Under the pieces are notes generated by a model, which worked only from the letters and a program-made list of their open reading frames with translations, searched no databases and was not told the origin of the DNA. The position numbers and the translations under genes were made by a program. From positions 328,589 to 392,588 of the forward strand of contig JAWQFM010000014.1 of assembly GCA_033442325.1 (NCBI GenBank): DNA of 64,000 bases, read 5' to 3'. Positions 12,717-24,709 of this stretch are shown here, piece by piece (the stretch's first letter is position 1; the number at the start of each line of letters is the position of its first letter). The stretch is from Salpingoeca rosetta (Eukaryota > Protista > Choanoflagellata).

Positions 12717-13100
12717 CACTCAACCAGACAACAGCATGTGGTGGTGGTGGTGGTAGGGGTCATAGCAGTAGCAGATTGATGGGTTGGAATCTGGTGTGTG
12801 CATTGGTGTGTGTGTGTGTGTGTGTTGACCGTGTTGTGCTTTCGCTCCGTTCCTCCTGATTCCTTTTTCCTTTCCCACACGCGGCACCTTTCATCTGGCT
12901 GGCGCATGTGGCATTCATTCTTTTTCTGATGTGTCATGAGTTGTCTTCCAACCTCTTCCTTCACGTTCCATGCGCTGGTGGGGTTGAACTACATACATAC
13001 AACAATCAAACCACGTTAACGTTGTTCATGTGTGATGTGCCGTGAATTGAACTAACAGCAAACCCATAATCTATGCATGCGTGGCTGGAGTGTACATGTG

Positions 13101-13184
<84 letters not shown>

Positions 13185-13536
13185 TGGGGGGGGGGCAATG
13201 AAAAGGGCAGCTAGCTTCAGCATGTTCAGTTATTCGATGAGGCTGGCATGCTATCTTCTTGACGCCAGCAAAAGGCCCAGAAGGAACCTTGTGTATGCGT
13301 GTGTGTGGGAAGGGTGTGAGCTGCGTCATCGACATGAGGACACAGGTTGTAAGGCAAGCAGACAAGATGGAGACGTGTATGAAAACATGCAAGGTCTCGA
13401 CTCACCCAATACAGGACCCGAAGAGAGAAGGGCGCGGCCACATCTGCCAGGAACACGACAGAGTGGTGAGCAAGGCAGTACGAAGAAACAAAACAGGAGG
13501 GGAGTTGGCGTGGTGTTGGGAATACCAGCGAGCAAC

Positions 13537-13636
13537 NNNNNNNNNNNNNNNNNNNNNNNNNNNNNNNNNNNNNNNNNNNNNNNNNNNNNNNNNNNNNNNN
13601 NNNNNNNNNNNNNNNNNNNNNNNNNNNNNNNNNNNN
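13537..13636. other. Assembly gap (100 N)
   Basis: Run of N. Confidence 1.
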
Positions 13637-13643
13637 CACACAC

Positions 13644-14930
13644 CTGCCAGGGTTGCTGCCAATCGAGGACGAGGGATGCGTGATGCGAGAGTGGCACATG
13701 CGGCCATGGCGACGAGGACGGACACATGGAGGCGAACACGTGCGGGCAGTCGTTGCCTGTGTTTGGAGTTGCATCCGCATGTGAAGGAACGTTGGACATA
13801 CGTTCACACACGTTTCATGAGGGAAAATTGCAAACAGACACATGCAAGCACACACACACACACACATACAGGCACAGACACAAACACACATACACATACA
13901 CACACATGCACGCACGCACGCACGCGCGCATACGCATGCACAAGCAATGTACGTCCCTCCACAGTGTGTACAGAAGAACACCTGTGTGTGAAGAAGGAGT
14001 TGACGCCGGCGGGGGAGCTGTAGATGACGCCTGCAGACTCCGATGACAGTACGGCAGTCACAATCGACCAGTGCAGCAATCCAGACAGGCCATCTCTGCC
14101 AAGAACATGGTACATGCATGCCCGAGTGTGAAGCGTGAAATCTCACACACAAACATGCACGTGCGCACACACGCACATGCACACACAAACACACACACAC
14201 ACACACATACACACACACACACGCGCGCGCGCGCATGCTCAATGAATGGCGTGATTGCCACTGCAGGAGGGCAGCACAACAGGCCAAACGTACTCTGTGA
14301 TGTAGACACCGGCCAAGATGCCAAGCACTACACAACAGCCCAGCATCGCCGCAAATTCCGTGCATGCCGTCAGCCCATCACGAACAGCCAGCAGCGCCTA
14401 CACAACAAACAATACACCACGCACACGTGTGTGACCGAAACGGTTGGCTATTCAGCATGTACGTTGAGCCGACTCGCACATGCATACACAGGTGCACACA
14501 CAGGTGCACACACAGGTGCACACACAGGTGCACACAGCACACACACACACACACACCACACACACACACACACAACCACACGCGGGCATATTGTGTCGTG
14601 TACCTTGTTGTTGCCGGTGCGTGCGCGTTGGATGACCGTGATGCAGAGGGCAAGCGAGGCCAGCCCAATGTCAACGTGTGCCCACTGCCAGCGGTCCGCC
14701 GTCAATGATGCTGTCTGCGCTGGTGGCGCATCTGCACTACTGTTATCGCTGAGCGCAGCGATGCCACTGGCCACCACCAACGCTGCCGCAAGCACGGCTC
14801 TCACCTTCATGCTCCCTGTGGTCGCTGCTGCGCCAGCGCCAGCGCCAGCGCTGTCACGGCTGCTGCTGTGCTGCGGCAACACCGCACCACTGCTGCCAGT
14901 GCTGTTGGGCTGTGTTCTCCGCCGCGTCAT
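13644..14930 (-). CDS. Small multi-pass membrane protein, possibly GPI-biosynthesis PIG-F/Gpi11-like; 3' part lost in or near the gap
   Basis: ATG 14930. Hydrophobic exons (VRAVLAAALVVASGIAAL; AAMLGCCVVLGILAGVYITE; LLHWSIVTAVL) and LDWQQPWQ, which resembles the PIG-F PLDWxRPWQ motif. Confidence 0.38.
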
Positions 14931-15106
14931 CTTTTCAAACAGAGGATGCCAAATGGATCAATACGGCCCATTTGCACAAGTCAGCACTTTTCTTGTGAGC
15001 AGGCAGTCCTTTTGCTTCGACGAACTGCCTGCCGCGGCAGTCATTTCCCCCGAGGCTGCCAACACGAACAACAACACCAACAACCAACCCGCTCACACAG
15101 CTCACG

Positions 15107-16620
15107 ATGGCTGGTGGAGGCAAGAAGGCACCGCTGCCGGAGTGCCGGTTTGGCTTGTCGTGCTATCGCAAGAACGTCAAGCACTTTGACGAGTACTCAC
15201 ACCCGTGCAAGTACGGCGCAGCGTGCTATCGCCGCGATCCCGACCATTTCCACAAGTACACGCACCCCAAGGCATCCAAAACCACAACAGCAGTCGCCGT
15301 TGCCGCTGCGAAAGCCATCGCCGACGATGACGATGACGCGCGCGTGAGCGACGGTAGCGACTCCGATGGGGACGCGCGCCGACGAGGCAAGACAACAGCC
15401 AAGCGCAAGGCCGGTGGTGTCAGTGATGAGGACGACGACGACGATGACAGCGACGATCGTGGTGATGCACCAGCTGCACGTCGCAAGCCCAAGATAGCGA
15501 AAGCCGCTCGCAAGGCTGCCAGCGACAGTGGCAGCAGCGACAGTGACAGCGATGGCAGTGGGTCGAAGACTTCAGCAGCCACAGCATCATCGATCCGAGA
15601 TCTCAAAGTCGTGTTCACGGTGCGTTGTGATTGTGCGTGTTTGTGTGTGTGTGTGTATGTGTGTGTGTGTGTGTTTGTGTTTGTATGTGTGTGCGTGTGT
15701 TTGTGCGTGTTTGGGTGTGTGTGCTTGCCCAATACATGCACACATGGTCCACACACTGTGGTTTGCTGCACACACTCACGGTGTGGTTCATGCACACACA
15801 ACCACACGAGCAGGGTACATTTGAGTCTGGGATTCGGCGCGTTGTGGAGAACGAAGCGTCCAAGCTGGGTGCGATTGTGGGCTCCAGCGTGTCGTCCAAG
15901 ACGGACCTGCTGGTCATTGGCGGCCTCGTGCGTCCCTTTGGAGCCAAGGAGGATCGCGCATCAGACCTTGGTGCGACGTACATGTGACTACGCGTGTGTG
16001 TGTGTGTGTGAGCGTGCATGTGTTTGTGTGTTTGTGTGAATGTGTGCTGTGTGAGTGTGCATTTGCATGCAAAGAGGGTTACTGACACGCCGCAGCGAGC
16101 TATATGAGAAACCAATCAACACGATGGAGCAATCTCACGGTGCATCCGGCGTGCGGTTTTGCTTGGGCAGGTGTGCGCGTGATCTTTGAGAAGGAGTGGA
16201 ACGACATGGTGTTTGCAGAGTATCGTCGACGCCGAACAGCAAAAGGAGCAACGTCGACGAAGAAGGCGCACAAGAAGGAAAAGAAAGCAACTCCCCACCG
16301 CGACGCAGATGATGATGATGATGATGAAGATGATGATGAGGACGACAATGTGGACGGCAATGAGGATGAGGATGAGGATGATGATGATGGTAATGGTGAC
16401 GACGATGACGCTGATGCTGATGCTGATACACCCAAACCACTGCACAAGCTGGAGGATGGTGAGAGCGTGGACTACACGTCACCCTCGGGCTCCTCCTACA
16501 AGTGGGTAGAATGCCATTGGCAGTGACCTGCTGTCTTGTGTGCGCTGTTGTGCTTTGGATGCTGGGAAAAAAAGGGTGTCATCTTGCTGATGCCGCATTT
16601 GGTCACACACACACACACCA

Positions 16621-16660
<40 letters not shown>

Positions 16661-16824
16661 TTCTGCTGCGGTTGGCGTTGAGAAGGATCAAGCGTACCGG
16701 CGATCACTACTACTGCACGTGCCCTGCGTGGCGGAACCAGAGCGCCCCGGTCAACGCGCGCACATGCAAGCACCTCTGCGCCTACCTCGGCGACGGTGCG
16801 TACGCGTGTCGTGTGTGTGTGTGT

Positions 16825-16903
<79 letters not shown>

Positions 16904-17122
16904 CGACAGGTGTCTGCTTGTTGTGTGTCCTTGTCTTGAATTCCACCCCACCGCTTGTGCCGTGACTGATGTCCATGCTTGTTTGGCGTAAGTGCTCATA
17001 CACATCCACACACATGTGTGCACATGCAGCGTTTGAGAAAGCGCGTGTTGGCGGCGTGAAGACGGTGCCTTTGAAGGCACGCGGAACACCGAAGCCAGAC
17101 CTGCTCCTGGCCCAGCGTTGGG

Positions 17123-17158
<36 letters not shown>

Positions 17159-19068
17159 TGCAAGTTTCTTGCCAATGAGTGATGTGTGCGCCAGAATTGC
17201 CATTGCTTGTCTCCCGTTGTCGTCACATCAACCGTCACACCACCACGCGTCACACGCCACACGTCACATACCATTGTGTACGCGCTGCCCGCAGGCGCGT
17301 GTTGATCCGACTGACTGGCACATGAGCGAGAAGCTGGATGGCGTTCGCGCGTATTGGAACGGAAAAGAGCTCCTGTCCCGCCTTGGCAACGCGTTTGCAG
17401 CCCCTTCCTGGTTTACAGGCACTCTCCCGGTGTGTTTGTTTGTGTTTTGTTTGTTGTGTGTTTGCTTGTGTTTGTTTTTGTGCGTGCTTGTTGTTGTGTG
17501 TGGTTGGTTTTGTGTGCGTGTGTTTGTTTGTATGCGTGTGCGTTCGTGTTTGCTTGCTTGCTTGTTTGTTGCAAGACACTGCGCTGACTCACTTTCCAAC
17601 CATACGCCCTACACACGACCACACACACACACACACACAAACACACAAACACACACAAACACACACACACACACATGCACACACCCTGCGCGTGCCCAGC
17701 GGGACATGACACTTGACGGGGAGCTGTTCATGGGCCGCGGGCGCTTCAACGACACCGTCAGCGTCGTGCGAACCGTCGGCAGCAAGCGGTGGACAGATGT
17801 CACATACCAGGTCTGCAAGGGCAGTGGAATCGAAGGCATGGGCTGCCTTGCTTTTGCTCATTCAGGGACTGCACACACACACACACGCACACGCACACGC
17901 ACACGCACACGTACACACAATTCATTGGCGCCCCATGTAACTTTCCCTCCCTTTATGTTGCACAGGTGTTTGATTGTCCCAGTGAGGGCGCACGTGTGTT
18001 TGAGGAGCGAGTGGAGGCTTTGCAGCGCTGGCATTCTGCGCAGCCGTCCGGCCATGTGAAGCATGTCTCCCTCGTCCAGCACACAAGGTGTGTGTGTGTG
18101 CGTGTGTGTGTGTGTGTGCTGACGTGTGTGCGTGTGTGTGTGTGTGTGTGCGCGTGTGTGTGTGCATGAGCACCTGTGAGAACCTGTGCAGCTGACGCTG
18201 TGTGATGATGACATGCCCGATTTGTGCCTCCATGTGTGCGTATGTGTTTAGGGTGCGGGATGTGAAGCACATGGAGGATGAGCTGGAGCGTGTTGTGGCG
18301 CGTCTTGGGGGCGAGGGCCTGATGCTCCGACAGCCAAAGTCGACCTACGCAAAGACACGATCGTCCACACTGCTCAAGGTCCGTTTGACGTGTTTTGTTT
18401 CCTGACATGATGTTGAACTGTGTTGGCTGGTGGGTCTATCACGCTCCTTACTTCTTTGACGATGCAATTGTGCACAAGCGCAGATTCAAGTGTGAACACG
18501 TTCACACACACACGCACACGCGCGCGCGCATGGCAGGTGAAGCGCTTCTACGATGCGGAGGCGCGCGTTCTTGCTCATGTGCCCGGCAAAGGCAGACACA
18601 AGGGCGCAATGGGCGCGTTGGAGGTGGAAATGGAGTGTGGAAAGAAGGTCAGCGGCATGTGTGTGTGTGTGTTGGCGTGTGCAAACTATTCATGTTGGCA
18701 TGCGCGCGCGGTCTCTCTCTATCACCCCCGCACACTCACACACACACACACACACATTCACTCACTCACACACTCACACACACTCACTCACTCACTCACA
18801 CACACGCTCACGCACTCACACACACAAACACACACACACACACATACACACACGCATACACACACACACTCTCACTCACTCGCAGTTCAAGATTGGCACG
18901 GGGTTCTCGGACGCACAGCGCAGATCCCCGCCAAAGGTTGGCGCCATCATCACATACAAGTTCCAGGAACTGACCCCAGATGGGATTCCCCGCTTTGCGG
19001 CCTTTGTTGGCGAGCGTGCAGACGCTGCTGGACCAAAGGACTACATCCCAAAGCGCACGTCAGCATGA
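15107..19068 (+). CDS. ATP-dependent DNA ligase (minimal bacterial/viral-type adenylation + OB domains) with N-terminal 2x PBZ zinc fingers, BRCT and SWIM zinc finger; ~11 exons
   Basis: PBZ: CRFGLSCYRKNVKHFDEYSH and CKYGAACYRRDPDHFHKYTH. BRCT: VVFT|GTFESGIRRVVENEASKLGAIVGSSVSSKTDLLVIG...VRVIFEKEW. SWIM: YCTCPAWRNQ...TCKH. Ligase motifs I SEKLDGVR, III LDGELF, IIIa VFD, IV GEGLMLR, V LLK|VKRFYDAE; OB domain FKIGTGFSDAQR...GIPRF. Confidence 0.92.
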
Positions 19069-19260
19069 CAGACACACAGCACAAGAAGCGCATCTCTCTT
19101 GTCTCTTGTTTCTTGTCTCTTGTTTGTCCTGTGAATAATACATGAAGATATTCGCCAATCATCTACAATCGCACGTTTTGTGGACCAACCAACAGCACTG
19201 TCACACACAGCATTGTTACAGCCTCCCATCATCCCGTGCTCCACGCTTTCCTCGACGACA

Positions 19261-20277
19261 ATGAGTGTGCAGTGTGTGCACCCGTTTGTGCGCGTGGGCG
19301 CATCAAACAAGGACACCGACATTGACCTGGTCAGACTGCTCTGCCGCGTACATCTAGAACACGCGCTTGCACCTGTCATGCAGTGAAGGTGCAGTGCAGG
19401 TGCAGTGAAGGTGCAGTGGCTCACATCTACGCTCTGCATCTCTCATTCACAATTCCTCATAACGCGTCATTGCTGCGTGTGCCTGCAGACTTCCAGTGAG
19501 TGGAAGCAGTCCATCAAGCAGTTCACCATCGCTGGCGACGTGTACATCACAGCCTCCTCTCAATCGCCAACTGTTGACCAGCTCCGCGAGTTCCTCAAGG
19601 TGCAGCGTGCACAGAGCAATCACAAGGGCGCATGCACGCGTTTCCGAGTTTCAACCACCACAATTGCTGCACACACAGCACGCAAACACAGCACACACTA
19701 TCTCACACATACTTTTACACTTGCTCACTCACATCCTCATCCGCTTGCTCACTTGCTCACTCGCGCACACACACACACACACACTTGCTGACTCACATCC
19801 CCATCCACTTGCTCACTTGCTCACTCGCGCGCGCGCACACACGCATACTCACATCCTCATACACTTGCTCACTTACGCACACACACGCAGGTTGTGAGGG
19901 CACGTGTTGTGGGCGATATCGTGGCGGACGCAGATGTGGCGACCGACTTGCTGAACGCGGGCGCCCTTCAAGTTTGCATTCCGCTTGCAACGTACAAGGC
20001 CAACCAAGATGCATTCCAACAGGTACGTGACTCGCCACCGCCACACGCACCCTGATTTGGCACCACCTCCTGCAGCCAGTTGCTCATCGCACGTGTTTCC
20101 CATATGTTGGTTTTGCAGCTGCCACAAGATCGCCTTGCAGTTGTCATCTCCTCTGCTGACGACCTGAACGACGAGCTGTCAACACTCGACATTCTGGTGA
20201 GATCACGTGCACTTTCGTTTGGAGTGATCACGGCTGTGTACGTATCTCATCATGATATGCCGCTCACACGTATCCTT

Positions 20278-20349
<72 letters not shown>

Positions 20350-21268
20350 CATGTGGTTTTGGGTTGCTAAAACTCGTGTATATAGTACGACAGCGGCACT
20401 GCGCCTACAGTGGATGATGTCAATGCTGTGGCAGCGAAAGTGGGCGATGGCGTCACAGCCTCCTTTGCCAACGTCTCGTCCACCTCTGTCGTACAGGCCA
20501 TCGACAAGTCCGCCGGCCACGCCCTGGTAAGTGCTGACACGTTGTGTGCATGTGTGTGTGTGTGTGTGGGGGGGGGGCGGTTGCACATGATTTATGTTGG
20601 AACAATTACGCGCCCATCCCCTTCTCATGGCACGGGCAACCCGCGTGTTATCCTTGACAGATCAACGCCACAACGCTGCAGTCGTCGCTGCTGCTTGCAG
20701 ATGCCATTTCGTGCCTCCTCAAAACAGACAGGTACGACAACAACACACGCGTTGTACCCTTGCGCTGAGGCTACGATGTGGCTGCTCGCTCGCGCAGCGT
20801 GCATGTTACGCATTCGCACGCACACACACACACACACACACGCACACACGCACACGCACACACACATACACACATACACACACACACGCACACACACACA
20901 CGCACACACACATACACACATACACACACACACGTGCAGGCCTGATGGCTTGTGGACGACGGTGGTTGTGAATGAGCGCAACGAGACGCTTGGCGTGTGC
21001 TATTCCAACGCTGAGTCCTTGAAGGAGGCCATCCGCCTGCAGCAGGGAGTGTACTGGTCACGCAAACGCGGGCTGTGGCACAAAGGCAGCACCTCTGGCG
21101 CCACGCAGGACCTCCACACCATCGCCTACGACTGCGACCGTGACCTCATCCAGTTCCGCGTGACCCAGCATGGCAAGGTGAGCCACGCGTGCGCGAAAAC
21201 ACTGCTATTGATGATTGTGCAAACGTCACTGTTACACCGCTCTCCGTCATGCCCCAGCTCAGCCACAT

Positions 21269-21355
<87 letters not shown>

Positions 21356-23264
21356 AACGTAGGGTTTCTGCCACCGGGACACGATGACGTGCATGGGGGC
21401 AAGCCGGGGGCTGACGGCGCTGCAAGAAACGCTTCGCTCGCGTCTTGAGACAGCACCTGAGGGAAGTTACACGCGCAGGCTGTTCAACGACCCCGCCCTC
21501 TTGCAGAAGAAGGTGGTCGAGGAAGCAATTGAGCTCACCGAGGTACCACAACGCACGTCGGATGCAGCCATTGCGTTTTATGTCTGTGTCTGTGTATGCG
21601 TGTGTCTGTGCGCGTGTGCGTGTGTGTGCGTGCGCGCGCGTGTGTGTCCCAGGACGTTTTCATCCACACACATATGCGCACACTTGCACGCACACACACA
21701 CACACATTCACACACACACGTACGCCCCCTCCCCCCTGCCGTACCTGCTCAAGGCCAAGGACACGGACCACATTGCGTCTGAGATGGCGGACCTGCTGTA
21801 CTTCAGCCTTGCACTGTGCACAAAGGCCGGCGTGTCCCTTGATGACGTGGAGCGCAAGCTTGACCGCCGCCACCTCAAGGTCAGCAGGCGCCCGGGCAAC
21901 GCAAAGCCGGAGTTTCTCAAGGAGAAGCTGGGCGGTATCACGCAAACGCAGAATAAGAAGAAGAGCATGGAGGGCCAGGTCGTGCACGATGGCGAGGACA
22001 CGCCAGCTGCTGGTGATGTTGATGACAGCGCGCAAGGACAGCAGCAGCAGCAACAACAGGCGGCTGCTGAGCCCGTGCTGAAGATGATCAAGGCCGAGGA
22101 CGTGCCGCCACTCCACAGGGATCCAGGTGTGTGTGTGTGTGCGTGCGTGGGTGTGTGTGTGCGTGTGTGTGTGTGCGTGTGTGTGTGTGAATGCTGTTGT
22201 GTGTGCAGTCACGTGGCGCGAATGCGCGAGTGGTGGTCATGGCAGCAACAGTGTGAGCAATGCTGAAGTTTGTCTACGTGGGTCTGCGCCAGTGTTAGTG
22301 TGCAAACGATGTGCTCCATCACGAACGCCACCCCTTTCCCACCCCACTCTACCATGCGATTGACTTAATTTATTGATCTTCACACACATGACACCCCCGC
22401 TGCGCGTGGACAGTTGACCCCAAGGCGCGTGCGATTGCGGAGGAGATTATGCGCGATGTGCGCGAGCGTGGGGAGGCCGCCGTCATGCACCACGCCGTGC
22501 GCCTTGGCGACATTGCCGACGGCCAGCCGATGGTGGTTGGCCAGGGGGGGCTCAAGGCCGCGTACGACGCGCTGAGCGAACAAGAGCGGGGCGTGCTGCA
22601 GCGCACGGCAGACCGCATCAAGGCGTTTGCACAGGCCCAGCGCGCGTCTGTGCAGGACAACTGCCAGGTTGATCTTCCTGGTGGGCAGGCCGGGCAGCTG
22701 GTGGCCGCGGTGGAAGTGGCCGGCTGCTACGCGCCTGGGGGCAGGTACCCGCTCCCCTCCAGCGTGCTCATGGGCGCCGTCACGGCTCGCGTCGCCGGTG
22801 TGAAGCAGGTGTGGGTTGCCAGCCCGCGCCCCCACCGCAGCGTGCTCGCTGCTGCGTATATTGCTGGGGCCGATGGCTTGCTCGCTGTCGGCGGCGTGCA
22901 GGCCATTGCCGCCTTCACGTACGGCGCTGGAGACGTGCCTGTGTGTGATGCCATTGTTGGGCCGGGCAACAAGTTTGTCACTGCTGCCAAGTCGCTCGTT
23001 GCAGGCAGCGTTGCCATTGACATGCTGGCGGGCCCCAGCGAGTGCCTGGTGGTGGCAGACAGCACGTGCGACCCCGCTGTTGTTGCAGCGGATCTGCTGG
23101 CCCAGAGCGAGCACGATGTGGCGGCGCGCGCCATCCTGGTCACGCCAGACAAGCAGGTTGTCGATGCCGTCAACGCACAGGTGCAGCAGCAGCTCGCCGT
23201 GCTCCCAACAGCGGACACCGCAAGGTGTGTGTGTGTGTCGTGTGTGCGCGCGTGTACGTGTGTG

Positions 23265-23329
<65 letters not shown>

Positions 23330-24225
23330 GTGTGTGTGTGTGTGTGTGTGTGTGGTCGTCAATTTGTGGTGTGTGGCAGCAACCCTTTTGAGTTGGTGAT
23401 CCCTTGTCCTCTGTGTTGCTAGCAACCACATGCGATCGCGTCAAGCGATCACACTGACGCCCTTCACGCAACCCCAAGTCATTCACACACACACACACAC
23501 ACACTCACTCACTCACACACACACACACATACATTTACACCGGCCCTTTACTCGCCCTTGCGTTGGCAGGGTTGCCATTGCGGAGAACAGCTTTGCCGTG
23601 GTGACGGCTGACGTCGACGAGGCCATTGCCGTGGCCAACCGCCTGGCGCCAGAGCACCTCGAGGTGCACACGAAGGACGCGTGGGACCTCGTGCCCCGCT
23701 TCGACCACTACGGCGCCCTCTTTGTCGGCCACAATGCTGCGGAGGTGCTTGGCGACTACGGTGCTGGTCCAAACCACACCCTGCCCACCGGTGGCACGGC
23801 CCGCTCGTTTGGCGGCCTCAGCGTCCACACGTTTCTTCGCCCCCGCACGTGGCTGCGCATCGATGACAAGAAGGTCCGGGTCTCGCCTTGTTCTTGGTGA
23901 TGGCGGTGAAGGTGGCGATGGTGGCGGTGAAGGTGGCAGGCAACGTTGATGGCTGTGATGGTGGCGGTGGTCGTTTGTTTCATCTGTGCTGGCTGGATGC
24001 TGTGCATTTTCTGATCGCCTTGATGCACAATAATGCTCGCTCGCTTTCACTCACCACCTTTGCACTGAACAAACATGCATCATCATCGCCCTTCAGGCTG
24101 CGACGGGAGTTGTGCAGGACGCCGTTGATCTCGCGCTGATGGAAGGACTTCACGGCCATTCGCGCGCTGCTGCACTTCGCCTCCCGACCCAAGGCCGCAC
24201 TATTGGGCCCATCATCAGCCTGTGA
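19261..24225 (+). CDS. HIS4: Trifunctional histidine biosynthesis protein (PR-AMP cyclohydrolase HisI, PR-ATP pyrophosphatase HisE, histidinol dehydrogenase HisD); multi-exon
   Basis: HisI: [16 protein letters not shown]...DCDRD...GFCH. HisE: [10 protein letters not shown]...VEEAIEL...EMADLLYF. HisD: [49 protein letters not shown]. Stop TGA at 24223-24225. Confidence 0.93.
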
Positions 24226-24263
24226 TGCTCTCGCACCTCTTGTTTTCCTTGAAGCTGCTGTTT

Positions 24264-24316
<53 letters not shown>

Positions 24317-24601
24317 GTTTGATCGCAAGAGCGATTTGAACGAGTTGCCTCAAGCCAGGGTAGACGCTTTTTGGTCTGTTTGTCGCTTCGCCTGCTGGCT
24401 TGCGTGTCTCTTGGTGTGTTGACGCATGGGTAAGCGTGTGTGGAATGTCGATTCTTACTTCATGGCGCTCATTTCACAAGCCAAATCAATGTCTCGCGGA
24501 ACTTGGGCGTCAACAAGCAATCAACCAAAACGTACAGTGTCACATAAACGCGTAACACGCGGACTCGGACAGCAGCAACAACTGAAACCGTACTTACAAT
24601 C

Positions 24602-24694
<93 letters not shown>

Positions 24695-24709
24695 ACACGA
24701 CCATCACTG

